A program made the position numbers and the translations under genes. A stretch of 64,000 nt of DNA from Phoronis australis (lineage: Eukaryota > Animalia > Phoronida). The notes under the pieces were generated by a model. That model was not told where the DNA came from and searched no databases. It worked only from the letters and a program-made list of their open reading frames with translations. The stretch covers positions 1,004,233 through 1,068,232 of the forward strand of contig NMRA01000078.1 of the NCBI GenBank assembly GCA_002633005.1, in the 5' to 3' direction. How positions within the stretch are numbered: position 1 is the stretch's first letter; every line of letters starts with the position of its first letter. Shown piece by piece: positions 27,131-41,474 of this stretch.

Positions 27131-27228
27131 ATTGTTATAATTAAGATAGGTAAGGTGGACAAGTGACATTTTATTTTTCAAATTTCTCAACAAAAACAAA
27201 AGTAATCAAGATGTAGTAAACTATTATA

Positions 27229-29647
27229 CCGTAATCGTTCGGGTTAACGCCCTGGGCGGTTAAATTGGCGAATCCAAAAAATCGGGGGAGGGCGGTTAAC
27301 TGAGCAGTGGGCGGTTAAATCGAAAATCCACCTAAAGTAGGGGATGGGCGGTTAACCGAACATGGGCGCTTATTACGACAGACAACCGCCCTGGGCGGTT
27401 AATCTTACCTGGCGATCTAAATCCCGACACGACAATCATACTCGGAACGCGTAGCCCTTTTCAAAGAGCTTTATCGTCACGTCGCCAAATGACTGTGAAA
27501 ACGTCATAACAGCGGATGATCCCAACAAAGGTTCTCTTGCCCTCAGATTAGTCATTCACTATTAAATTTACAAAATTGCTGAGTAATAGCCCCGTGCCGT
27601 CCTGCGGTGCGCAGACGACCAGTCACCACGCAGCCTCCACTAGAATTAAAACTGTTTCAAGATGTGACCCTGCTTAAGTGCGCGCGTGCAAGCTTCACGT
27701 GTTGCAGAGGTCAGACATCAAATTTATGGTTACAGTCTCGTACTATATGTAGCTGTCAAGTTCTGAGTCAGAGAGCAGTTTTAAAATTGGTTGTAATAAA
27801 AGTTTGAAAAACTTAACTCTGTTTTTTTTTGTGTTTGGGATGTTATAGTCGACACTCCGTGACTCAATGACATTTTCAGCGTATGGTTCTGCGGCTAGCT
27901 GTCTTATCTCGACAGCCCGGCATTGCTCTCTTGCCGTTGCGCCAAACATGCTATGCAAAGAAGTAAGACAAGGATCGGGGGTGGTCGAGCCAGTCGTCGA
28001 TCAAGAATAAAATTTCAAGCAACTGCATAAATATGTTACAAAATGTCAGAAAACAGCAATGTTTCAATTCATTATTCTAAACGATCACCTTACCAAACTT
28101 CGTGGTGGAAAAACATTTATTTTCATGCAAGATGTCCAGATTATCCTATTCATATCACTCGTAATATCGCACTGTGGCACTGTTCGGTCCCGCTGTTATC
28201 GCGCAATGTCTCAGTCGGCTGACAATCGTGACTTGGAAATGCCGTCAAGTAATATAACGGCCTCTTTCAATATGCATCTCGTTTTTTATGGCCAAAGATA
28301 GTGGCGGTATTCAGCACGCACGTAGGGCCTACGTGTGAGTCACCTGTCAATCACATGTTGGTGTCAAGGTAACATGCACTCCAAAGTGTGGGAACTTGCG
28401 CACGTGCACCACTACAAATCAGTCACACATAGCGACAGTCCGACGAAGTAACAAAAACGGGCGTGACTATGTACTTTTAAGCTGTTGTTACGAAAGACCC
28501 AGTTCTTTACGATATTCCTCCGTTGCCAATGTTCCCCAAAACTGCGATGTCAAGTCTATTCCCATATTTCCCGGCTCGATGCTCCCTAAGCCCATCCCTG
28601 TAACTAGCTGCGTGAATCTCCTACCCACTATCGTCAAGCAGTCTACGTCGTAGATATTTCAGACTCGAATGGTAAGAATTTTTGTTCAGGCTGAAAATGG
28701 CCAATGTATAAACAAAATTATTCTGGTTGGCTAAAAAGGGGATGTGGAAACGATAATTCACACAGTCACGCTTACGTGGAGGCTGACGCAAGAAATAGTA
28801 AAGAACAGCCAGCGACATTAGTTAAATCTGCCAACCAGTTTGACTGAGATGCAATAAGCAAAAAACAAAATTTGACAAGTCGTTTTTTATTACTTCAAGA
28901 TCATACACAAACATACATTATTGCCAACGTTTGAATTCACAAATCGACAGGCAGCAACGAAATCGGTAACCCAGTAAGGCACTTCTACTGTCCCTTCTGT
29001 CGCCCCACATCCTCTATAACCCGGTAGTTATACTCATCAAAATATTGAGAATTTGACATCTTTACGTGAGTTGTGAGATTTCTTCAAAATACGAGAGCTT
29101 CCCACCTTAATAGAATTTGGAGGGTTGGAAAAAACATTGTCACATTTCTCTGGCCTGATTTTTTCGAATATATGTTTTATCTAGTGCACTGCAGACGGAA
29201 ACTCAGCGCGGCAGACAAAGTCGATGAAAGCGGAGGTTTTGACCCCGGCGGCGTTCTTAAACTTTGCAAACAAGGGAAGAAAATAAAGTGACAAAAAGGT
29301 TCGAGTATTATGTTTTGAAGTGAGTTCATGACCCAAGACAATAACTCGTTAACTGTATTATAATTCAGATTGCTAAACCACCGTCTCGGAGTCCCGGCGT
29401 CGTCGCACTCATTGTGATCATCGATCTTTTTCTAAAAGTTGGGGAATCGCGCGTTTCCTTAGCACCAGGCGCTAAATCTTCATTCTTTAAAAGTCGGGGA
29501 TGGGCGCTTAACCGAGAGGTGGGCGCTTAACTGGAAATATTCAAAAATCGCAGGGAGGCGCTTAAGCGAGCAGTGGGCGGTTAAATCGAAAATGAAGTCG
29601 GGGATGGGCGGTTAACTGAGCATGGGCGTTAACCCGAACGATTACGG
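27229..29647. mobile_element. Non-autonomous Tc1/mariner (pogo-like) DNA transposon, 2419 bp, perfect 24-bp TIRs and TA TSD
   Basis: CCGTAATCGTTCGGGTTAACGCCC (27229) and GGGCGTTAACCCGAACGATTACGG (29624-29647). TA at 27227-28 and 29648-49. Many GGGCG(G/C)TTAA subterminal motifs; no transposase ORF seen. Confidence 0.92.
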
Positions 29648-29900
29648 TAGCTAAGATTGAACAGTCTAGGTGTTCCCATTAATTGCAGCCTTTGAAAAAT
29701 AGAAAAAGTGACCTTTTTGGCTATAATTTTGTTCATGTGAAGAATTACCATGGTCATAAGACAACTTTGTAAGCTGCTGATTGGCTGGCTGATACAGATA
29801 TTCTATTTGTCATCCGATAAACTTTCACTTGTGAGGGGCCCAGTCTCTAGCACAAGATATACGAGAGTGTTAGCTAGTTTGATCACTCGCAAAAACCTTT

Positions 29901-30143
29901 GGTAAAAAATACTCCAATTTCAGACATTTTTTGCTCAAGGTCAGAGCTTGTCTCAAATTCCAGATTCGTATATACAATATCGACTGTCCCAAATTTTTGA
30001 ATTCCCGTATAATGAATGCCAAAACCCCCTCGTCCCAAATTCCAGAGTGCAGAAAACTGAAATTTTTGTATGAGCTTGCGCGTCCAAATTATAACGACTT
30101 CCCTAATTATATTGACTTCCCAAATTGGAGAATTTTTACCGTA
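29901..30143. mobile_element. Short MITE of the CGGTAAAAATTCTCCAATTT family
   Basis: GGTAAAAAATACTCCAATTT on the left and AAATTGGAGAATTTTTACCGTA on the right (imperfect inverted repeats). Confidence 0.65.
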
Positions 30144-30537
30144 GCGTTAGAAACGCTGAAATCATCAACTTTCGGACACTGCTGTTGACTATACTAGTTA
30201 TCCAGTTGAGCACAATGTCTCCATGACAACACTGGGTATAACTTGATCTCTTCTCTTAATACCATCATTTAAAACACGCACTAGAAGTTACGTTTGCGTT
30301 GTGTATTTTCTCTGTTCAAATCGACATTGCCCACAACCCTTGATCAAACCTTGCAAAACATGTTTTTTGTACACTCAAAGGGACATTAGCAATTTATTTT
30401 GTTTTGCTACATGCTTGAGACAGAACTCTGAATCCCTCCATCATCTCTTGTATGTTGATTTTTATTTGCCTAATCCAAAATAAACAGTGTGATCGGCCTG
30501 TTAATGACAGCACATAAACGTACGTCTCGTGTTTCAG

Positions 30538-30562
30538 GAACTTGAAATCCTTCACATGTAAG
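30538..30562 (+). CDS. Possible micro-exon (x)NLKSFTCK upstream of the IL-17R-like exons
   Basis: Acceptor TCTCGTGTTTCAG| and donor AAG|GTAGTA; phase 2-0 fits the phase-0 start of 45466. Very short and could be chance. Confidence 0.25.
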
Positions 30563-33500
30563 GTAGTATTACGATTATGTTACCTGAATGGTACTAATTA
30601 CTATGTTCAGCGACATGTCTGGTTAATTAGTAGCAGCTAATTTGCTTTCATCTTTATTCGTCATCGAACAAAGCATTCCTCTGAGTGGAACAAACGCTGT
30701 CAAGAGAATCTATTCTTTTTCTGCTTGGAAGAACGAATTGATTATATATGACAAGTCCAGCGAATGGGCTTAGTCCGGTCCTAGCTGATGTCTTCGTTAG
30801 TTAATGCAGTTAACTCTAGCATGGCTGCCTCCTTTCAGAGTCTTCGCAACTTGTAATGGAGACGTGTTTGGTTTCTGTTTGGTCTTCATTGCGTAGTTAC
30901 GCCTTAGTTCAGTCTAAAATAAGTCTTTGTGACTCAGGGGAATATCTACCGTACTCCGAAGGTTATTAAGGACGTAGTGAATGGTTTCGAATAAATTACC
31001 GAACTAACAATGATGACTGTTTTCTAGTCACCTCCTGTCCAATTTTGAGTTTTATGTTGGCATGGTAATTGTCATGAAAAATATTGGGTTAGGCAATTTT
31101 CCTTGAAAAGTAATGGGTGGTAAATGATTTTGGAGCATCTTCGAACAAAAGGACATGGCATCGTGCTGGTGTTCCACCCAGCTCGTCAGATCTCTTGAGG
31201 CTGGCTAGTTACGGTTCGTTGTGCAACAATAAAACTTTATTCGCACTTGAGTGACGAATGATAATTTTGCTGTAAAAAGTGATTGGCTCTGTGGGGATGT
31301 ACTGTAGTGATGACAAGTGTGTAAACAGAGCGCTTCTTTTGAAAATACTGGAGAATCAGAGCGTCATTTAGGTATCTAGAGGTGGGTCTAATGGTAGCTC
31401 TTCCTTGGTGACTCTTAACATGTGATAATAATAGGATAAAAGTTCTCTAGTTTGGAACAGCATCTGAAATTTGGTACGTTGAAATTCAAGCCATTTTATT
31501 GAATTTTATTGATTCAGAAGGTTTGTACATGGGTAATGTTGGCATTCATTACATTTTTCAAGTATTGGACACTGCAATTTGTATCAACTAAGTCTGCAAA
31601 GTGTGGGATAAAATCGTCGAAATTAGCTACCAATGCAAAACCCCTCTCATGGACAGCCAGTAGTGCTTAGTTCTAAATTTTAATACGAGCTCCGACCTTG
31701 ACCTAATTAATTAACATTTCACTGTCCACAAAATGGACAATTTTTACCATTTACTTTCCTGCTTGAGTTCTTCACTTGCTTAGCACTTGTTAAATTTCTC
31801 CACAAAAGTGACGATCAAGAGCGTTTTAGTCTGTTGCAAGCATGGGTTGTAGTGTACAGATGTCATAAAACAACATTTATTAAATTTGCCTGTATACTTC
31901 TTGCTCAAAACATGAACGAATGTAAATCATCAATGCCAGCGATAGTCATCATGTAGGCTTACAGTCCTCTTGATAATTTTCAGAAATAGTTCTGTCTTAA
32001 GTCTTGCTTAAGGTTATCTCAAACCTTATTTAGTGGCCTCTAGTGTTACTCGTATATTAAAAAACTAAGCTTTGTCAACTAGTAAAGTAAATATTTTCTG
32101 AAAGACAACAGATAAGGGAATATAATTGTGTACCATTATTATTATTATAACGTTAACACCTTTTTAAGTTCAATTTCATTTTTAAGAAAGATTCATCCAT
32201 AGTTTAATAACCCCTCATTTTTAAACAAAAACTTCACCTGAGTTACCTCAAAAATTTTTTGTTTAGTCTTTTGGTTCAGTTTCTATGACAAATCAACTCG
32301 CAAAATTAAGGTATTTCTTTAAAAATAAAAGTCATATTTGTCTTTCATTGTGCAAAAACTAGGTCTTTATATTAACAGTGTTTTTGGAGATTTATGAATA
32401 AATATTAAGTTTGGAAATATCAGTGAAATCCATCAAGCCATTTTCGAGAAGTCGTGTTCCTAAGTTCAAATTAAGTCGATTAAACTGGGACGAGTGAAAG
32501 TCACAAGGTCTTCGGTTAATTATTCAGTGAAAAGTTGTTTTCGGTAAATGTACGTATTCACTCTTTAGCCATGATAGCTATTTCAAAATTTACTATCAAC
32601 TATGAACTGAATTTGCAGTTCGTATTAACTTAATTATCGCTAAAACTTTAATTCTTTTTACCGTTCCCAGCCGAGAGGTCAGGGATCAACTTTTGACCTA
32701 CTTAAAAGCAGGTCAACAGTTCATTAGTATACGTAGGCACCATGTGCCGGGAGACTGATACGAAACCAAGTAAGAGATGGATAACAGAAATTGTGTTGGT
32801 GGTGAAAACACGTCGTTAGCATGAGATCGAAACAGCAGCGAAATGTCAAATGGCCTATCGAATTAAGGAATGTGGGTGAGGAGTTATCTCTTTTCACAGC
32901 TTTCTGCGTTCATGTCCACAGAGGGGTGAGGTGACTGTTGGAGCTTTCATTCTCAATGATCATATGCCCAACTCCCTCAGGATCAAAACTACATTTGTCC
33001 TTGTTTTCCCTGGCATCTTTGTACACCTCATTGACTCAGTATTACGGCGACTCAGTGAATGAAAGGACTGAGGGTACATACGAAGCTGCTCTGTACCTGG
33101 CGGGAGATTCAGTTTGAGTGCCCTGTACCCTTTGACCTCGCATGAATGATAAAAAATTTCATTGCAGTTTTTTGGTTCCAAGGTGGTTCTACTACATCTC
33201 TTTTCTCGCTACACGGTATAAAATTTCGTATTTGAAGTTTCTCGAGAATGAAGATAAGTATTTTGTTAGAGACGTGAAATATTGCAAAAATGTCCAATTT
33301 TCGTGAATAAGGTTTGATATTCTTATGTCACGATTATATCACTTTTCATGAAACACGCCTAGTAGTTTGCTGGGGAGACAGTCTTGGACACTCAGTCTGT
33401 TTTGTAAATATTAACTTAGATCAAATTCCAAGTGCATAGAAAACGAATGTGACCTGACTCTTACATGGCTGTGACTTTTTCAACCTTCTGAGAAATAGCC

Positions 33501-36500
33501 TAATGACTATATACACAATAGAGGAAATTCTCACAAGTTTTAAATCAGATGTTTCATGCAATGGGCCCGACCTTTGTGTGCGCTTGTGGCTTGGGCACGT
33601 CCTCCGATACAATTTATGCATCAGACCACCTGCACTCTTGTTTTTAAAATTCTGGACCACCCCAGTCTGTTCCACAATGAGATTGTACTTCTTAAAGTGC
33701 TCAATTTATTGTGTTGTCAAGCACTACATTGTAAGTTTTGGTTCAGAGAAAAGACACTTGAGGTTTTGTGTTACAAAAGTGTATTTTACTAATTGCAACA
33801 TCTCTTGGCGATCCTTTTTACATAGGTTTGGCAATGAGGTGCTTGCGCAAATGTGATAAAAGAACACAAAGCGGGTTAGTTTGTTAAGACATTATTGCAC
33901 CTCGTGACTCCAGGCAATGACATAGATTTCGAAGGCCCTAGCTTTAAAAGTCATTGACAACAATGGTTGCATTTTAACTAAGTAGGATCTTTTGCAATCT
34001 CTAGTTCTCAATTCTCATGCACCTTAGAGCAATTCTGAATTGTTATAAAATCTTCATTTGTTTTCGACCAAGTGTGCCTTTTAGCAGTAATTTGTGTTCG
34101 TGAGGTAGTTGTTTGCCTTTAATGTGCGGTAGTTCCTGGCGAATGGGGGAGGATGTGTGCTGATGGAAAATTAGGATACCCACCCATTTTGAGAGTGAGC
34201 TTGAAAAAGAAAACCCATTTATTGGAAGCCTAATTTAAAAAGTCCTGGACCAGCTTTCGTAAGGATTTGGTCCAGAAACACCACGATTTTGTAAGGTACG
34301 CTCTTTTTTGTTTATTTAGCACAGACTGAATATGTCTGACAAATGAAATGTGTATTGTCAAATTTCTTCACTAAAGTAAATAAAAAGAGAACTATCGTTT
34401 ATCGTTCATGATCTTATCCTAATCTGTAAGGAATTTTTGACAACTGTCCTTTCAACTCATTTTGTCCTGCAACAGTACACGAGGTGACATTATGTTATTA
34501 AAATAAGTGGATATTTTGCAGCCAAAGTTTTGAAAATATTGTTATGAAAAGGGAAAATACTCTGTTATGACGCACTCATATTTTGAGAACCAGTTGATGC
34601 CCGTTATTTACCGGAGAAAACTTGTTCTCAAAATGCGGTTACGTTTTATCAGACTGTTGCCGGAAAAGGACCTGTCTTAGAATCTTAAGCTCCCTAAGTA
34701 AACTTTTTTGTTGGGAATGAATTGGAAATGCACCCTGTGGTAGGGAATTTTAGAGAAAAGCATTCTCTTTAGGGAAACTGTGAAAGGTCACCCATTGTAG
34801 TGACAGGTCAATCACAGGGAGTACCCCCCTGGGATGTAGTCTCATTCTTACAAAACATGTCTGGCTTTATAAAACCCACTGGTGTTCAGCTTCGGCTTAA
34901 TGGAATGGCCTAAAGCCAATGACAATGTTACAGTTTTAAATAGAACAAATAAAAGACATCTTTATTTGCCTGTAGTGTGCTGTTGGCCATGATTAGAATT
35001 ATTCGTGGATGCAAGTGGCTGGCGGCAGTGTTACACATCCACGGCTGTTCCCTGGAGCTTGTGTTGCATATTAGCATTAGGCGAGGCACCTGCTATTAGT
35101 GTACATTTGTGACTCTGACGCTTGTGGAATGTTTTTACATGCTTCTAATTAAAGCTGTATTGCATTTGCTTTTCCAGGAGCTGAACCAAAACAAATCCTA
35201 ACATTTTGAGTTAATGGCCATGCCACCATGCATGATGTTTAAAACGAAAACTTAACATAAAAGTGCTTGGGCACTGTGCCATGCATTTCCATTTGACTTT
35301 GAACATAATAGTCACAATGTTCTCCCATACGTCTAACTCTGGTTAATTCCCAAGAGATGGTGTTCATGTCAGCTTCTTTGGAAAAGCAACACGTGTTAGT
35401 TTGCGCTCTTTCAAAGACAGTTATTGCATTCTTATCCTTTCTTTGAGTTGAAATAAGCTATAATAGATCACCTGGAAGTATACTGATCGCCATCAACTTC
35501 TTTGGGAATTGAAGCACACTCTTTGCAACAAGTGACATGGGCTCTGTAGGATCATCAAAAATTCCAATTTTGGCCAACTTCGAACATCGTATCCCAGAAA
35601 TGGCTGATTAGATTCACATGGAACTTCCAGATACATATAGGTCATCCCTCCTACATAGAAATACTAGTGCCATGACTTATCGAAACCTGCTTTTTCAGGG
35701 ACGACGCCTTGAATTAATGATTGACGTAACTCAAATGAATAAAGTCAGTCAAATATCACGTTGCACGCGCGAAGTTACCCAACCGTAAAATACGGCTTAC
35801 CGTTGTATATGGATTGGTTCTACTTCACAGTTAATAACGCGACGTATTTTCATATACGCGTGAAGGTATGAGCTTCTAACATTTATTTTGTGCAACTTAT
35901 ATTTTATGAAAAAGTGAAAAAATAAATTGTTAGCAATATCGTGTTTCAAGTTGGTGGAATTTTTCTGTTACTCCCTTTATTGAAATTTAACTCGGTTAGT
36001 CAAGTTGGCACTCGCAAAATGTACTCAGGAGGCACAAATCCATCCAAATCCTTTGGGAAAACCCCAATGAACAGCCTATTGCACACAGATAAAGCCATAA
36101 TTAATACAAGTGTCACTACGTGAATTTAACCAGACAATTCACTAAAAACAAATTTAAAAGAAACATATTTAATTGAAGCTTCCAAGTTAAAGTTTTACAC
36201 AGTCACAAACACTAACATTTAGTATCATAACTAGGCCAACCACACTCTATGCATGCACCAAACTTATGGTCAGTACCATTCCTTTCAACATCCGACTTTC
36301 AACACCATCATCTTGCAGTCCCTAATTTGTCCGCTGAATGTTACAAGTCTTCATTGCCGGCACAAACGTTCCACTGTATCCAAACATCTTCTAAACACGT
36401 CTACACCTTGTCACGGCTGGCTCTCAACTGAGGTGCACGCAGATCAAACATTTGAATGCTCCAACAGTCTTGATAACAATACTGAGCACACCGGTGACCT

Positions 36501-36877
36501 AACCGACTATGTTTACAGTTGTCTATTCTTTACAACAAGTTCTCACAATGTTTCTCAAACCGTTAAATTCTTGTATATTTTATTTACGATAATCTACTTT
36601 TACCAGCTGTTCATGCATTTTGAAGCTGTGTATGCTGCCCATTGTTTTTCACACAGAGAAATCCTTTTGTTTGGCGTTTTCAAATTGATGTTTGTATTTA
36701 GCAAAACCTTTTTTTGTACACTGTTCACCAATTTAGAATATACCTTACTGCTTATTCAGTATTTTATGAATGATTTAAAAGTCTCACTGGTTTTGTACAT
36801 AATAATTGCCAAAACTGCCCTTTTTGAATTTTCAGCAGCTTCTAAGGTTATTGTGAGTGTTCACATCATTTTAAAAG

Positions 36878-37377
36878 GGCCCTTTCTTGCTGTCTTAACT
36901 GCGGTGTGAGCGGAGCATTGAATGTAAACTGTGAAGTTAACTGAACCCTTCATACCAGCTTTGGTAGTTAACGGACATCGAAGTAAACAGTAGGTGATGC
37001 ACAGTCGTCATCTAAGTAATCGCAAGGTCAACACTGATGTATCTCATGTGCGCTAATATTTTTTTGATGTGACAATTTGGAAACATTCACATGATTGTTC
37101 TAATTGACATAAAACTTAGTTCTAATTCGATTGGGGATTATTTGTGCAAAACAACACTGTCCTGTAATTGTTGACGGGTAATAATGGTCCCTGACGATAA
37201 CTTCGATGGGACCGAAGTTGACCGTTCATACGGCACCGCAGCGATCCGCTGTTAAATGCACCTGTTTACTGCGAAGTTAACGGGCACTGTTAACTTTAAT
37301 CCAGGACTGAAGTTAAGGGTTCATACTGACTGTAACTCCCAAAAACATCGCCACCTCGACATTAGTATGAAAGGGCC
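36878..37377. mobile_element. PIF/Harbinger-type MITE, ~500 bp
   Basis: Termini GGCCCTTTC and GAAAGGGCC, followed by TAA. Internal repeated GAAGTTAA and TTCATAC motifs. Confidence 0.6.
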
Positions 37378-39289
37378 TAAAACCTTGTGTGCTGGTACCT
37401 GTGGTTTAAAACTTGAACTGGCACTGCACGTTTCATTGAAAAAAACGACTAAATGAAATTTCAGTAGTCATCCATATTGTGTCCTGGTTCAATATGATTT
37501 TACATGTTAAATGTTCATCAGAAAACAGAATTTTTTAAGTTTTCATTTTTTATCCCATCCGCGTTGAATCATTCGAGTGTAATACGGCCCTGTGATATTG
37601 TTTTTCCGTATTCAAACACCCGCACTAATTCAACTGTGCCCGTGGAAAGTTCAAAAGGTATGTTAATGTTGACTCGACGTCATTAACCTGTTTGATCATC
37701 AAACTTTCCCAAAATAGTTTAAAGTGGTACAATTGCAACTGTATAAATAACACTCAACATGCACTCAGGTCCCAAATGTAACATTTGGTACAAAACTGTT
37801 AATTATATGACACTTCTGTCTCAGTTTTCAATTGCTAAATCATATATCGTCTGCAACTCAGGTGCCGATTCCTCGGTAATACAATTATATCAAATGTACT
37901 GAAAAAAGATATATTTCTATTTATATCAAATCTTGTTATTTAATATTTTCAGGAAAGGTTACTTTAGTTCAATGCACAATTACCATTGTTTTCTTCTTTG
38001 TTATCTCTTTTCAAGTAATAAATCGTTACATTTAAAACTGTTTCTTTTTACTAGAGAAAACTTGCAACCTAATGCACAAGTACATACATGTAGGATGTGA
38101 TCTGCCATGTGAACAGTGTGGGCGAAGTATTTGCAAAATCTGCCTCAAAATGAAAAATCTTAGAAGTTTGAAGGTGTATGGGAAAAATGCAAAACGTACC
38201 TCGATTGGCGTAGATGAAGTAATATCCCACTTGATATTATTCCGCAAATCAACCTCGACTTTCGGTCTCAGTTGATACGCAGAATGTCTCGTGGGATATC
38301 ACGTCACGTACGCCACTCTCGGTATGTTTTGTGTATATATGCAGGCAAATTTGCATTAACACAGGGTCCGAGGGCTTTTTACTATTTGCTGTGTATCATT
38401 TACTGAGTGTCCCAAATGTTGACATTAACAGTCTCTCGACGTACACGTGCTACGGTCATATTGGGTTGAAGTTGTTCTGAATTGACCGAACACTATTTCC
38501 GTGTTTCCTTCATGTTTGCTTAACACTGTTGCCGGTAGTTTTGTTGTGAACTTGAACACATTAAGTAGAGTTTTAAAGTAGTGCTTATACTGGTTAAACT
38601 TTGTTTTGAAATGTAATACACTTTTGTAGTTGATCAACAAAAGAGTGTGTTGTATGGAAGATGGGATGACATTTATGCGGTGGTAATAATTTTTTCATTA
38701 CCTTTAGATACGGTAAAGTTAATATTTTCATAGCAATGTTAGAACTTGTTGCTGCTATTGATTATTAAAAAAATGGTATCTCAATAAAAAAACGTATTTG
38801 CAACTGTTCAAAAGGAGATAAACCAACCAATAGTTTTGCAGGTTTATTTTTCCATAGCCACATTCAAGAACAGTTGACGAGTTTCGTTGTGTAATTTTTC
38901 TAACTTCATCAAAGTCACGGTGAAAATGCAGATTGCAAACAAACAAAAATAACATGAAATAATTTGAAAGTTAGCTGCAGAATTTTGCCTCAAAATTTCT
39001 ACCATTTTTGCTCTGAAGAACTATTTTGGCAACTTGTTTGTAATTCTACTGTAGCTCCACCTAGTTTGCTTTAGACCACTTTGGCCCGCTAAAAAATTGG
39101 TATTGGCTTGTTCCCAACTCAGATTAGGAAGGATTTTATTTTTGACCATGCAGAGAAGTCACTGTGACAATTCATTATTAAAAAAATAATAATTGCACGT
39201 GGTCTGACACACATACCAGCCATGTGCAGGCCACGCATGAGGGAGTATTGCACTGACCACCTGGAACCATTTTTATGCTATATTAATAA

Positions 39290-39417
39290 ATAGTTAAAAC
39301 GGATCTGAGGAGCTAGAAACCTGACTCAAGGGTCTAGCACTGTGACCCAGTGGGACTCCGATCCACGACCTCAAGTAAAGAAAGCGGGCACCTATCACAC
39401 TAGGCCACGCCTCTTCC
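39290..39417 (-). mobile_element. tRNA-derived SINE fragment (degenerate head with A and B boxes)
   Basis: The minus strand reads GGCGTGGCCTAGTGTGATAGG (A box), then GAGGTCGTGGATCGGAGTCCC (B-box-like), then ACTGGGTCAC..GTGCTAGACCCTTGAG, a typical SINE2 body. It does not appear to form a complete tRNA. Confidence 0.65.
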
Positions 39418-41474
39418 TACAATTCATTATTGGTCGAGACCATGTTCTGTGTATGAAATCAGACATGGCACGACCAGTCAACTTGCTAAGTCAGATCACA
39501 GACAATAACGAGATGCGATTTCTTTGTAAGCCTATGAATTACATCTGTTTTTATCGAGGAAAGTTTGAGAGTAATTTCATAACGATGAATGGTCAAAATC
39601 AAAAGTTTTTTTGTGGCGGAAGGTGGAAATTAAAACCATTTTCAGTGCCATTACAGAGGTATCAGGTGTAGTTTCAAGTTAATCGCTGGTGGTGACGTCA
39701 TTAAAAAGTTACGCTGAGTGGAATCGAGTGCTGTCAGGGTCTGTGTTGGTATTAAATATTGATCAGTTGTGGATCAAATGAAAAACGACAGTCCTAATTA
39801 TTATACTTAGATACAGCTGAGCTTGAATGTCAAATTCAATTCCTTCAACATGATTCCAGTTTAACAAGAAGAGCCTTGTCTGTGTCTGTTTTGTGGCAAT
39901 GCCTGAGGCAGAGCCGTGGGGGGGGGGTTTGAGCGGGTTAACTAATTTTGTATTGCTACATTGGGGGAATACTAAGTAGTCCTGGGTGTCTGCACATTGT
40001 GAGATGGTAGTGACATCTGGTGGCATTGTTGAACCACTGCCTGCTAGTTATAGTAGTTCTTTCAATAGTCGTACAAAATTAGATGTAGTCTTTCGGTAGA
40101 CTAGTGCAGATGAATGGGTAGGGACTATTAAGTGCACTTGTACATAAATACGGAGTTTATTTATTCCTTTAGTACTCTGCACTCTAGTCCAATGCACTCT
40201 AGTCCAATGCCTAGTGTTGAAGAATTAGTTAGTGCATTACTGCGGACGACTTGTTGGTAATGATATCTTGTCTTAATAACAAAACCGTTGGGAATATGTG
40301 ACATGACATGCTTCCGAGATGGAAAGAAATCTTAATGTCTGTTGTCACTACTATGCTACAACACTAGACAGACTTGATTGATTAATTGATTGATTTTTCA
40401 ATTGGCCTCAGAAGTAATGCAGTACCACACAATAAATATTAAATACTATTCTGAACAAAGACTGAGATGAACTTAAAGTAAGAATGACAAATAAGACCAA
40501 GGTACAAGTAAAAAATAACTAAAGGACAATCGATGTACGGATGATGCAAATAGGTAGAAATTCTTCAATTTGGGAAAAAAGTAGTTAGAAAAATTGCCAT
40601 ATTTCTATTTTTCAGAGGAGTTCCACTTTGTTCCAAATTTTGTTTGGTAAGCTACGCCATACAAACCATGTCAAAATTGTCCTGAAAATTTATTTTTCTT
40701 GAGAAATTTGACAAAACGAAATTTCACATGTCCACTTGCTTCTAAAAGAGGGCAATGAAAAATTTTCTGCGTAATAATAGCACTGGCAAAAATGGCTAAC
40801 GTTGATTTCCCCACGATATCTGAAATGTGTTGAACTGAACTAATCTGAGAACTCGGCAAATTATTTGCTGCCCAATGTGCTGTGCCATGTTTTAAGGGAC
40901 TTTTGGTGATGGTCAGCAACAGTACTGTGCGACAGGCTTTAATTTTAACTTCTTGAGGGCATGCTCAAGATTTTGAGGGTTACTGAGTGTGTCATGCGTT
41001 ACCTTTCTAATACATCTGGCAGCTTTGCTTTCAGTTGCAAACATTTGACATTGAAATCTTTAGTGTTTTGAGAGCACAAACATGGCAGCCTCTTCACACA
41101 GTTACAAAGTGTGGTGTGTAAGAATAACCTTGTGGACTGGGACTAAATGTAGTTTGTTCATTCTTGGACGTGTTAGGAAAAATTTCTGCTACACAACAGT
41201 GAGAACTTAAAGGCATGACTTTTGCAAAGAGTATGATGAAAGAAATGTAAAATCGCACTGTATAAAATCCCAACTCAAGAACGCCGAATTGTGAACAGCA
41301 CCTACTTCATTGCCATCTAGCAACAAAACGTATTGCATGTCGCCACCTTATAGTTAGACTGGCTTATTGAATTGCTGATAGATATTTTTGTGCTAGTAAC
41401 ATTGTCTTGCCCAAATGTACCAATTCTTGTTGTGGAATTTTTATTTAAACTACGCTGAATCCATCAGAGTTGCA

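Noticed and set aside
36253-36909. Longest ORF in the track (218 aa)
   Set aside because: No recognisable domain, low-complexity T-rich composition, runs into a MITE terminus, and no supporting splice structure.
359-40730. Recurring fragments GGCAATTATTTTTGTCCGAAATTG (359, 22972, 23698; inverted at 21148, 23082) and GAGAAATTTGACAAAATGAAATTTCAC (23244, 40702)
   Set aside because: Pieces of an old abundant dispersed repeat; boundaries could not be defined and there is no sign of special function.
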